A DNA stretch of 64,000 nucleotides, taken from the NCBI GenBank assembly GCA_964016885.1, contig OZ024740.1:251410001-251474000 (forward strand), read 5' to 3'. Positions within the stretch are counted from its first letter, which is position 1; each line of letters opens with the position of its first letter. Made by a program: the position numbers and the translations under genes. Below the pieces are notes generated by a model, which was not told the origin of the DNA, ran no database searches, and worked only from the letters and a program-made list of their open reading frames with translations. This DNA is from Eledone cirrhosa (lineage: Eukaryota). Of this stretch, positions 51,801-64,000 are shown piece by piece.

Positions 51801-52554
51801 ACGGCTGGAAATTATCTCCCCTTGGCTGGAAATTATCTCCCCTTGGACGGCTAGAAATTATCTCTCTTTGGACGGCTGGAAATTATCTCCCTTTGATTTT
51901 TTTTACAAATTATCTCCCTCTGATATTTTTTACAAATCTCCCCCTGATTTTTTAAAAAAAATTATCTCCCCTTCGCTGGCTGGAAATTATCTCCCCTTGG
52001 ACACTGGAAATTATAGCCCCTTGGAGGGCTGGAAATTATCTTCCCTTGGACGGCTGGAAATTATCTCCCCTTGATTTTTTTTACAAATTATCTCCGCCTG
52101 ATTTTTTTTAAAAATTATCTCTCCTTGGACGGCTGGAAATTATCTCCCCTTGATTTTTTTTACAAATTATCTCCCCCTGATTTTTTTTACAAATTATCTA
52201 CCACTGATTTTTTTTACAAATTATCTCCCCCTGATTTTTTTTACAAATTATCTCCCCCTGATTTTTCTTTTACAAATTATCTCCCCCTGATTTTTTTACA
52301 AATTATCTCCCCCTGATTTTTTTTACAAATTATCTCCGCCTGATTTTTTTAAATATTATCTTCCCTTGGCTGGCGGGAAATTATCTCCCCTTGGACGGCT
52401 GGAAATTATCTGCCCTTGATTTTGTTTTTACAAATTATCTTCCACTGATTTTTTTTACAAATTATCTCCACCTGATTTTTTAAAAAATTATCTCCCCTTG
52501 GAAGGCTGGAAATTATCTCCCCTTGGACGGCTAGAAATTATCTCTCTTTGGACG

Positions 52555-55500
52555 GCTGGAAATTATCTCCCCTTGATTTTTTTTACAAATTATCTCCCCC
52601 TGATTTTTTTTTACAAATTATCTCCCCCTGATTTTTTTTACAAATTATCTACCCCTGATTTTTTTTACAAATTATCTCCCCCTGATTTTTTTTTACAAAT
52701 TATCTCCCTCTGATTTTTTTTTACAAATTATCTCCCCCTGATTTTTTTTTTACAAATTATCTCCCCCTGATTTTTTTCCAAATTATCTCCCCCTGATTTT
52801 TTTTACAATCTCCGCCTGATTTTTTAAAAAATTATCTCCCCTTCGCTGGCTGGAAATTATCTCCCCTTGGACGCTGGAAATTATAGCCCCTTGGAGGGCT
52901 GGAAATTATCTTCCCTTGGACGGCTGGAAATTATCTCCCCTTGATTTTTTTTACAAATTATCTCCCCCTGATTTTTTTTTACAAATTATCTCCCCCTGAT
53001 TTTTTTTTACAAATTATCTCCCCCTGATTTTTTTTTTTACAAATTATCTCCGCCTGATTTTTAAAAAAAAATTATCTCCCCTTGGACGGCTGGAAATTAT
53101 CTCCCCTTGGACGGCTGGAAATTATCTCCCCTTGGACGGCTAGAAATTACCTCTCCTTGGACGGCTGAAAATTATCTCCCCTTGGACGGCTGCAAATTAT
53201 CTCCCCTTGATTTTTTTTACAAATTATCTCCCCCTGATTTTTTTTACAAATTATCTCCCCCTGATTTTTTTTACAAATTATCTCCCCCTGATTTTTTTTT
53301 ACAAATTATCTCCCCCTGATTTTTTTTTACAAATTATCTCCCCCTGATTTTTTTTACAAATTATCTCCCCCTGATTTTTTTTACAAATTATCTCCCCCTG
53401 ATTTTTTTTTACAAATTATCTCCCCTTGATTTTTTTTTACAAATTATCTCCCCCTGATTTTTTTTTTACAAATTATCTCCCCCTGATTTTTTTACAAATT
53501 ATCTCCCCCTGATTTTTTTTACAAATTATCTCCCCCTGATTTTTTTTACAAATTATCTCCCCTTGATTTTTTTTTACAAATTATCTCCCCCTGATTTTTT
53601 TTTTACAAATTATCTCCCCCTGATTTTTTTAAAAATTATCTTCCCTTGGCTGGCGGGAAATTATCTCCCCTTGGACGGCTGGAAATTATCTCCCCTTGGA
53701 AGGATGTAAATTATCTCCCCTTGGACGGCTGGAAATTATCTCCCCTTGCACGGCTGGAAATTATCTCCCCTTGATTTTTTTTACAAATTATCTCCCCCTG
53801 ATTTTTTTTTACAAATTATCTCCCCCTGATTTTTTTTTACAAATTATCTCCCCCTGATTTTTTTTACAAATTATCTCCCCCTGATTTAAAAAAAAAAAAT
53901 TATCTCCCCTTCGCTGGCTGGAAATTATCTCCCCTTGGACGCTGGAAATTATAGCCCCTTGGAGGGCTGGAAATTATCTTCCCTTGGACGGCTGGAAATT
54001 ATCTTCCCTTGGACGGCTGGAAATTATCTCCCCTTGATTTTTTTTACAAATTATCTCCCCCTGATTTTTTTTTACAAATTATCTCCCCCTGATTTTTTTT
54101 TACAAATTATCTCCCCCTGATTTTTTTTTTACAAATTATCTCCGCTTGATTTTTTAAAAAAAATTATCTCCCCTTGGACGGCTGGAAATTATCTCCCCTT
54201 GGACGGCTAGAAATTATCTCTCCTTGGACGGCTGAAAATTATCTCCCCTTGGACGGCTGCAAATTATCTCCCCTTGATTTTTTTTACAAATTATCTCCCC
54301 CTGATTTTTTTTTACAAATTATCTCCCCCTGATTTTTTTTTACAAATTATCTCCCCTTGATTTTTTTTTACAAATTATCTCCCCCTGATTTTTTTTTTAC
54401 AAATTATCTCCCCCTGATTTTTTTACAAATTATCTCCCCCTGATTTTTTTTACAAATTATCTCCCCCTGATTTTTTTTACAAATTATCTCCCCTTGATTT
54501 TTTTTTACAAATTATCTCCCCCTGATTTTTTTTTTACAAATTATCTCCCCCTGATTTTTTTAAAAATTATCTTCCCTTGGCTGGCGGGAAATTATCTCCC
54601 CTTGGACGGCTGGAAATTATCTCCCCTTGGAAGGATGTAAATTATCTCCCCTTGGACGGCTGGAAATTATCTCCCCTTGCACGGCTGGAAATTATCTCCC
54701 CTTGATTTTTTTTACAAATTATCTCCCCCTGATTTTTTTTTACAAATTATCTCCCCCTGATTTTTTTTTACAAATTATCTCCCCCTGATTTTTTTTACAA
54801 ATTATCTCCCCCTGATTTTTAAAAAAAAAATTATCTCCCCTTCGCTGGCTGGAAATTATCTCCCCTTGGACGCTGGAAATTATAGCCCCTTGGAGGGCTG
54901 GAAATTATCTTCCCTTGGACGGCTGGAAATTATCTTCCCTTGGACGGCTGGAAATTATCTCCCCTTGATTTTTTTTACAAATTATCTCCCCCTGATTTTT
55001 TTTTACAAATTATCTCCCCCTGATTTTTTTTTACAAATTATCTCCCCCTGATTTTTTTTTTACAAATTATCTCCGCTTGATTTTTAAAAAAAAATTATCT
55101 CCCCTTGGACGGCTGGAAATTATCTCCCCTTGGACGGCTGGAAATTATCTCCCCTTGGACGGCTAGAAATTATCTCTCCTTGGACGGCTGAAAATTATCT
55201 CCCCTTGGACGGCTGCAAATTATCTCCCCTTTATTTTTTTTACAAATTATCTCCCCCTGATTTTTTTTTACAAATTATCTCCCCCTCATTTTTTTACAAA
55301 TTATCTACCCCTGATTTTTTTTACAAATTATCTCCCCCTGATTTTTTTTTACAAATTATCTCCCTCTGATTTTTTTTACAAATTATCTCCCCCTGATTTT
55401 TTTTTTACAAATTATCTCCCCCTGATTTTTTTAAAAATTATCTCCCCCTGATTTTTTTACAATCTCCGCCTGATTTTTTTAAAAATTATCTTCCCTTGGC

Positions 55501-58500
55501 TGGCGGGAAATTATCTCCCCTTGGACGGCTGGAAATTATCTCCCCTTGGAAGGATGGAAATTATCTCCCCTTGGACGGCTGGATATTATCTCCCCTTGCA
55601 CGGCTGGAAATTATCTCCCCTTGGCTGGAAATTATCTCCCCTTGGACGGCTAGAAATTATCTCTCTTTGGACGGCTGGAAATTATCTCCCTTTGATTTTT
55701 TTTACAAATTATCTCCCTCTGATATTTTTTACAAATCTCCCCCTGATTTTTTAAAAAAAATTATCTCCCCTTCGCTGGCTGGAAATTATCTCCCCTTGGA
55801 CACTGGAAATTATAGCCCCTTGGAGGGCTGGAAATTATCTTCCCTTGGACGGCTGGAAATTATCTCCCCTTGATTTTTTTTACAAATTATCTCCGCCTGA
55901 TTTTTTTTAAAAATTATCTCTCCTTGGACGGCTGGAAATTATCTCCCCTTGATTTTTTTTACAAATTATCTCCCCCTGATTTTTTTTACAAATTATCTCC
56001 CCCTGATTTTTTTTTACAAATTATCTACCACTGATTTTTTTTACAAATTATCTCCCCCTGATTTTTTTTACAAATTATCTCCCCCTGATTTTTCTTTTAC
56101 AAATTATCTCCCCCTGATTTTTTTACAAATTATCTCCCCCTGATTTTTTTACAAATTATCTCCGCCTGATTTTTTTAAATATTATCTTCCCTTGGCTGGC
56201 GGGAAATTATCTCCCCTTGGACGGCTGGAAATTATCTGCCCTTGATTTTGTTTTTACAAATTATCTTCCACTGATTTTTTTTACAAATTATCTCCACCTG
56301 ATTTTTTAAAAAATTATCTCCCCTTGGAAGGCTGGAAATTATCTCCCCTTGGACGGCTAGAAATTATCTCTCTTTGGACGGCTGGAAATTATCTCCCCTT
56401 GATTTTTTTTACAAATTATCTCCCCCTGATTTTTTTTACAAATATCCCAGTGATTTTTTTTTAAAAATTATCTCCCCTTCGCTGGCTGGAAATTATCTCC
56501 CCTTGGACGCTGGAAATTATAGCCCCTTGGAGGGCTGGAAATTATCTTCCCTTGGACGGCTGGAAATTATCTCCCCTTGATTTTTTTTACAAATTATCTC
56601 CCCCTGATTTTTTTTTACAAATTATCTCCCCCTGATTTTTTTTTACAAATTATCTCCCCCTGATTTTTTTTACAACTTATCTCCGCCTGATTTTTTTTAA
56701 AAAATCATCTCCCCTTGGACGGCTGGAAATTATCTCCCCTTGGACGGCTGGAAATTATCTCCCCTTGATTTTTTTACAAATTATCTCCCCCTGATTTTTT
56801 TTTACAAATTATCTCCCCCTGATTTTTTTTACAAATTATCTCCCCCTGATTTTTTTTACAAATTATCTCCCCCTGATTTTTTTTACAAATTATCTCCGCC
56901 TGATTTTTTTAAATATTATCTCTCCTTGGCTGGCGGGAAATTATCTCCCCTTGGACGGCTGCAAATTATCTCCGCTTGATTTTTTTTACAAATTATCTCC
57001 CCCTGATTTTTTTTTAAAAATTATCTCCCCCTGATTTTTTTTACAAATTATCTCCCCTGATTTTTTTTTACAAATTATCTCCCCCTGATTTTTTTTTACA
57101 AATTATCTCCCCCTGATTTTTTTTTTACAAATTATCTCCCCCTGATTTTTTTACAAATTATCTCCCCCTGATTTTTTTTACAATCTCCGCCTGATTTTTT
57201 TAAAAATTATCTTCCCTTGGCTGGCGGGAAATTATCTCCCCTTGGACGGCTGGAAATTATCTCCCCTTGGAAGGATGGAAATTATCTCCCCTTGGACGGC
57301 TGGAAATTATCTCCCCTTGCACGGCTGGAAATTATCTCCCCTTGGCTGGAAATTATCTCCCCTTGGACGGCTAGAAATTATCTCTCTTTGGATGGCTGGA
57401 AATTATCTCCCTTTGATTTTTTTTACAAATTATCTCCCTCTGATTTTTTTTACAAATCTCCCCCTGATTTTTTTTTACAAATTATCTCCCCCTGATTTTT
57501 TTTACAAACTATCTCCCCCTGATTTTTTTACAAATTATCTCCCCTTGGCTGGCTGGAAATTATCTCCCCTTGGAGGCTGGAATTTATCTCCCCTTGGACG
57601 GCTAGAAATTACCTCTCCTTGGACGGCTGGAAAATATGTCTCCTTGGACGGCTGGAAATTATCTCCCCTTGGACGGCTGGAAATTACCTCTCCTTGGACG
57701 GCTGAAAATTATCTCCCCTTGGACGGCTGGAAATTATCTCCCCTTGCACTGCTGGAAATTATCTCCCCTTGGACGGCTGGAAATTATCTGCCCTTGATTT
57801 TGTTTTTACAAATTATCTTCCCCTGATTATTTTTACAAATTATCTCCACCTGATTTTTTAAAAAATTATCTCCCCTTGGACGGCTGGAAATTATCTCCCC
57901 TTGGCTGGAAATTATCTCCCCTTGGACGGCTAGAAATTATCTCTCTTTGGACGGCTGGAAATTATCTCCCCTTGATTTTTTTTACAAATTATCTCCCCCT
58001 GATTTTTTTTACAAATTATCCCCCCATGATTTTTAAAAAAAAAATTATCTCCCCTTCGCTGGCTGGAAATTATCTCCCCTTGGACGCTGGAAATTATAGC
58101 CCCTTGGAGGGCTGGAAATTATCTTCCCTTGGACGGCTGGAAATTATCTCCCCTTGATTTTTTTTACAAATTATCTCCCCCTGATTTTTTTTAACAAATT
58201 ATCTCCCCCTGATTTTTTTTTTACAAATTATCTCCGCCTGATTTTTTTAAAAAAATTATCTCCCCTTGGACGGCTGGAAATTATCTCCCCTTGGACGGCT
58301 GGAAATTATCTCCCGTTGGACGGCTAGAAATTACCTCTCCTTGGACGGCTGAAAATTATCTCCCCTTGGACGGCTGCAAATTATCTCCCCTTGATTTTTT
58401 TTACAAATTATCCCCCCATGATTTTTAAAAAAAAAATTATCTCCCCTTCGCTGGCTGGAAATTATCTCCCCTTGGACGCTGGAAATTATAGCCCCTTGGA

Positions 58501-61500
58501 GGGCTGGAAATTATCTTCCCTTGGACGGCTGGAAATTATCTCCCCTTGATTTTTTTTACAAATTATCTCCCTCTGATTTTTTTTTACAAATTATCTCCCA
58601 CTGATTTTTTTTTACAAATTATCTCCCCCTGATTTTTTTTTTACAAATTATCTCCGCGTGATTTTTTTAAAAAAATTATCTCCCCTTGGACGGCTGGAAA
58701 TTATCTCCCCTTGGACGGCTGGAAATTATCTCGCCTTGGACGGCTAGAAATTACCTCTCCTTGGACGGCTGAAAATTATCTCCCCTTGGACGGCTGCAAA
58801 TTATCTCCTCTTGATTTTTTTTACAAATTATCTCCCCCTGATTTTTTTTACAAATTATCTCCCCCTGATTTTTTTTACAAATTATCTCCCCCTGATTTTT
58901 TTTTACAAATTATCTCCCCCTGATTTTTTTTCCAAATTATCTCCCCCTGATTTTTTTTACAAATTATCTCCCCCTGATTTTTTTTACAAATTATCTCCCC
59001 CTGATTTTTTTTACAATCTCCGCCTGATTTTTTAAAAAATTATCTTCCCTTGGCTGGCGGGAAATTATCTCCCCTTGGACGGCTGGAAATTATCTCCCCT
59101 TGGACGGCTAGAAATTATCTCTCTTTGGACGGCTGGAAATTATCTCCCCTTGATTTTTTTTACAAATTATCTCCCCCTGATTTTTTTTACAAATTATCCC
59201 CGCATGATTTTTAAAAAAAAAATTATCTCCCCTTCGCTGGCTGGAAATTATCTCCCCTTGGACGCTGGAAATTATAGCCCCTTGGAGGGCTGGAAATTAT
59301 CTTCCCTTGGACGGCTGGAAATTATCTCCCCTTAATTTTTTTTACAAATTATCTCCCCCTGATTTTTTTTACAATCTCCGCCTGATTTTTAAAAAAAAAT
59401 TATCTCCCCTTGGACGGCTGGAAATTATCTCCCCTTGGACGGCTGGAAATTATCTCCCCTTGGACGGCTAGAAATTACCTCTCCTTGGACGGCTGAAAAT
59501 TATCTCCCCTTGGACGGCTGCAAATTATCTCCCCTTGATTTTTTTTACAAATTATCTCCCCCTGATTTTTTTTACAAATTATCTCCCCCTGATTTTTTTT
59601 ACAAATTATCTCCCCCTGATTTTTTTTTACAAATTATCTCCCCCTGATTTTTTTTTACAAATTAACTCCCCCTGATTTTTTTTACAAATTATCTCCCCCT
59701 GATTTTTTTTACAAATTATCTCCCCCTGATTTTTTTTTACAAATTATCTCCCCTTGATTTTTTTTTACAAATTATCTGCCCCTGATTTTTTTTTTACAAA
59801 TTATCTCCCCCTGATTTTTTTACAAATTATCTCCCCCTGATTTTTTTTACAAATTATCTCCCGCTGATTTTTTTTACAAATTATCTCCCCTTGATTTTTT
59901 TTTACAAATTATCTCCCCTTGATTTTTTTTTACAAATTATCTCCCCCTGATTTTTTTTTTACAAATTATCTCCCCCTGATTTTTTTAAAAATTATCTTCC
60001 CTTGGCTGGCGGGAAATTATCTCCCCTTGGACGGCTGGAAATTATCTCCCCTTGGAAGGATGTAAATTATCTCCCCTTGGACGGCTGGAAATTATCTCCC
60101 CTTGCACGGCTGGAAATTATCTCCCCTTGATTTTTTTTACAAATTATCTCCCCCTGATTTTTTTTTACAAATTATCTCCCCCTGATTTTTTTTTACAAAT
60201 TATCTCCCCCTGATTTTTTTTACAAATTATCTCCCCCTGATTTTTAAAAAAAAAATTATCTCCCCTTCGCTGGCTGGAAATTATCTCCCCTTGGACGCTG
60301 GAAATTATAGCCCCTTGGAGGGCTGGAAATTATCTTCCCTTGGACGGCTGGAAATTATCTTCCCTTGGACGGCTGGAAATTATCTCCCCTTGATTTTTTT
60401 TACAAATTATCTCCCCCTGATTTTTTTTTACAAATTATCTCCCCCTGATTTTTTTTACAAATTATCTACCCCTGATTTTTTTTACAAATTATCTCCCCCT
60501 GATTTTTTTTTACAAATTATCTCCCTCTGATTTTTTTTTACAAATTATCTCCCCCTGATTTTTTTTTTACAAATTATCTCCCCCTGATTTTTTTACAAAT
60601 TATCTCCCCCTGATTTTTTTTACAATCTCCGCCTGATTTTTTAAAAAATTATCTTCCCTTGGCTGGCGGGAAATTATCTCCCCTTGGACGGCTGGAAATT
60701 ATCTCCCCTTGGACGGCTAGAAATTATCTCTCTTTGGACGGCTGCAAATTATCTCCCCTTGATTTTTTTTACAAATTATCTCCCCCTGATTTTTTTACAA
60801 ATTATCCCCGCATGATTTTTAAAAAAAAAATTATCTCCCCTTCGCTGGCTGGAAATTATCTCCCCTTGGACGCTGGAAATTATAGCCCCTTGGAGGGCTG
60901 GAAATTATCTTCCCTTGGACGGCTGGAAATTATCTCCCCTTGATTTTTTTTACAAATTATCTCCCCCTGATTTTTTTTTACAAATTATCTCCCCCTGATT
61001 TTTTTTTACAAATTATCTCCCCCTGATTTTTTTTTTTACAAATTATCTCCGCCTGATTTTTAAAAAAAAATTATCTCCCCTTGGACGGCTGGAAATTATC
61101 TCCCCTTGGACGGCTGGAAATTATCTCCCCTTGGACGGCTAGAAATTACCTCTCCTTGGACGGCTGAAAATTATCTCCCCTTGGACGGCTGCAAATTATC
61201 TCCCCTTGATTTTTTTTACAAATTATCTCCCCCTGATTTTTTTTACAAATTATCTCCCCCTGATTTTTTTTACAAATTATCTCCCCCTGATTTTTTTTTA
61301 CAAATTATCTCCCCCTGATTTTTTTTTACAAATTATCTCCCCCTGATTTTTTTTACAAATTATCTCCCCCTGATTTTTTTTACAAATTATCTCCCCCTGA
61401 TTTTTTTTTACAAATTATCTCCCCTTGATTTTTTTTTACAAATTATCTCCCCCTGATTTTTTTTTTACAAATTATCTCCCCCTGATTTTTTTACAAATTA

Positions 61501-63740
61501 TCTCCCCCTGATTTTTTTTACAAATTATCTCCCCCTGATTTTTTTTACAAATTATCTCCCCTTGATTTTTTTCTACAAATTATCTCCCCCTGATTTTTTT
61601 TTTACAAATTATCTCCCCCTGATTTTTTTAAAAATTATCTTCCCTTGGCTGGCGGGAAATTATCTCCCCTTGGACGGCTGGAAATTATCTCCCCTTGGAA
61701 GGATGTAAATTATCTCCCCTTGGACGGCTGGAAATTATCTCCCCTTGCACGGCTGGAAATTATCTCCCCTTGATTTTTTTTACAAATTATCTCCCCCTGA
61801 TTTTTTTTTACAAATTATCTCCCCCTGATTTTTTTTTACAAATTATCTCCCCCTGATTTTTTTTACAAATTATCTCCCCCTGATTTTTAAAAAAAAAATT
61901 ATCTCCCCTTCGCTGGCTGGAAATTATCTCCCCTTGGACGCTGGAAATTATAGCCCCTTGGAGGGCTGGAAATTATCTTCCCTTGGACGGCTGGAAATTA
62001 TCTTCCCTTGGACGGCTGGAAATTATCTCCCCTTGATTTTTTTTACAAATTATCTCCCCCTGATTTTTTTTTACAAATTATCTCCCCCTGATTTTTTTTA
62101 CAAATTATCTACCCCTGATTTTTTTTACAAATTATCTCCCCCTGATTTTTTTTTACAAATTATCTCCCTCTGATTTTTTTTTACAAATTATCTCCCCCTG
62201 ATTTTTTTTTTACAAATTATCTCCCCCTGATTTTTTTACAAATTATCTCCCCCTGATTTTTTTTACAATCTCCGCCTGATTTTTTAAAAAATTATCTTCC
62301 CTTGGCTGGCGGGAAATTATCTCCCCTTGGACGGCTGGAAATTATCTCCCCTTGGACGGCTAGAAATTATCTCTCTTTGGACGGCTGCAAATTATCTCCC
62401 CTTGATTTTTTTTACAAATTATCTCCCCCTGATTTTTTTACAAATTATCCCCGCATGATTTTTAAAAAAAAAATTATCTCCCCTTCGCTGGCTGGAAATT
62501 ATCTCCCCTTGGACGCTGGAAATTATAGCCCCTTGGAGGGCTGGAAATTATCTTCCCTTGGACGGCTGGAAATTATCTCCCCTTGATTTTTTTTACAAAT
62601 TATCTCCCCCTGATTTTTTTTTACAAATTATCTCCCCCTGATTTTTTTTTACAAATTATCTCCCCCTGATTTTTTTTTTTACAAATTATCTCCGCCTGAT
62701 TTTTAAAAAAAAATTATCTCCCCTTGGACGGCTGGAAATTATCTCCCCTTGGACGGCTGGAAATTATCTCCCCTTGGACGGCTAGAAATTACCTCTCCTT
62801 GGACGGCTGAAAATTATCTCCCCTTGGACGGCTGCAAATTATCTCCCCTTGATTTTTTTTACAAATTATCTCCCCCTGATTTTTTTTACAAATTATCTCC
62901 CCCTGATTTTTTTTACAAATTATCTCCCCCTGATTTTTTTTTACAAATTATCTCCCCCTGATTTTTTTTTACAAATTATCTCCCCCTGATTTTTTTTACA
63001 AATTATCTCCCCCTGATTTTTTTTACAAATTATCTCCCCCTGATTTTTTTTTACAAATTATCTCCCCTTGATTTTTTTTTACAAATTATCTCCCCCTGAT
63101 TTTTTTTTTACAAATTATCTCCCCCTGATTTTTTTACAAATTATCTCCCCCTGATTTTTTTTACAAATTATCTCCCCCTGATTTTTTTTACAAATTATCT
63201 CCCCTTGATTTTTTTCTACAAATTATCTCCCCCTGATTTTTTTTTTACAAATTATCTCCTCCTGATTTTTTTAAAAATTATCTTCCCTTGGCTGGCGGGA
63301 AATTATCTCCCCTTGGACGGCTGGAAATTATCTCCCCTTGGAAGGATGTAAATTATCTCCCCTTGGACGGCTGGAAATTATCTCCCCTTGCACGGCTGGA
63401 AATTATCTCCCCTTGATTTTTTTTACAAATTATCTCCCCCTGATTTTTTTTTACAAATTATCTCCCCCTGATTTTTTTTTACAAATTATCTCCCCCTGAT
63501 TTTTTTTACAAATTATCTCCCCCTGATTTAAAAAAAAAAAATTATCTCCCCTTCGCTGGCTGGAAATTATCTCCCCTTGGACGCTGGAAATTATAGCCCC
63601 TTGGAGGGCTGGAAATTATCTTCCCTTGGACGGCTGGAAATTATCTTCCCTTGGACGGCTGGAAATTATCTCCCCTTGATTTTTTTTACAAATTATCTCC
63701 CCCTGATTTTTTTTTACAAATTATCTCCCCCTGATTTTTT
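52555..63740 (+). repeat. ~10-11-kb copy of ~16420-27600 at constant offset 36,133 bp
   Basis: About twenty landmark pairs from 16974/53107 to 27444/63577 all differ by exactly 36,133. Rare variant TTTTTTTCCAAA at 16645/52778. Beyond ~62350 colinearity holds but private variants differ. Confidence 0.9.
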
Positions 63741-64000
63741 TTACAAATTATCTCCCCCTGATTTTTTTTACAATCTCCGCCTGATTTTTTAAAAAATTAT
63801 CTTCCCTTGGCTGGCGGGAAATTATCTCCCCTTGGACGGCTGGAAATTATCTCCCCTTGGACGGCTAGAAATTATCTCTCTTTGGACGGCTGGAAATTAT
63901 CTCCCCTTGATTTTTTTTACAAATTATCTCCCCCTGATTTTTTTTACAAATTATCCCCGCATGATTTTTAAAAAAAAAATTATCTCCCCTTCGCTGGCTG

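Larger units (their letters stand above)
1..64000. repeat. Composite two-monomer satellite DNA array (25-bp A plus ~27-bp B monomers with a shared core), running off both window ends
   Basis: AAATTATCTCCCC or a close variant recurs every 21-30 bp from the first to the last line, always in the same orientation. No non-repeat insertion was seen. Confidence 0.99.

Noticed and set aside
30-63792. Many + strand ORFs of 60-194 aa with repeats such as LSPLGRLEIISPWTAGNYLPLDGWK and YKLSPPDFF
   Set aside because: They are translations of the 25/27-bp monomers in all three frames, start at TTG inside the repeat, and end at T-tract frameshifts. There is no frame preservation or recognisable domain.
1-64000. 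CRISPR-like look: constant core with variable intervening sequence
   Set aside because: The core is only 13-16 bp, the intervening parts are 9-14 bp and belong to two or three recurring families rather than unique spacers, and there is no leader or cas gene.
1-64000. Long-unit telomerase repeat (some yeasts use ~25-bp units) given the C-rich/G-rich strand asymmetry
   Set aside because: Multi-kb higher-order duplications with inherited variants indicate recombinational amplification, not templated addition, and I do not recognise the unit as a known telomere repeat. A subtelomeric location cannot be excluded.
1-64000. Assignment as a centromere or as a named satellite family/organism
   Set aside because: The HOR organisation is compatible with centromeric or pericentromeric DNA, but I do not recognise the monomer and see no CENP-B box. 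A database search and CENP-A data would be needed.
1-64000. Whole array as a sequencing or assembly artefact
   Set aside because: Nested, consistently inherited variants and stable T-tract patterns are not what low-complexity artefacts produce. Only the copy number of the longest duplications is uncertain.

Overview
All 64 kb is one uninterrupted, head-to-tail, single-orientation satellite DNA array. I see no genes, RNA genes, mobile elements or unique sequence, and I cannot name the organism (a eukaryotic satellite is most likely). It is built from short monomers sharing the core AAATTATCTCCCC(T/C)TG. A is GGACGGCTGGAAATTATCTCCCCTT (25 bp), B is GA(T)7-11ACAAATTATCTCCCCCT (26-30 bp, mostly 27-28), and a linker C, GA(T)n(A)mTTATCTCCCCTT, usually joins a B run to the next A run. 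Window length divided by about 26 bp gives roughly 2,400 monomers. Monomers form fixed variant cassettes, then nested higher-order repeats (0.9, 1.6-1.7, 3.9, 4.9 and about 9.5 kb) and long near-identical segment copies at offsets of 18,915, about 22,815 and 36,133 bp. All listed ORFs are translation artefacts of the repeat. The most unusual signal is mutational: many monomer variants, including 2-4 base clustered changes, turn imperfect local inverted repeats into perfect ones, and in the TnAm linkers the T/A boundary slides while total length stays fixed. This suggests the array diversifies partly by hairpin-templated (quasi-palindrome, template-switch) mutation. That mechanism is an inference and needs a statistical test.
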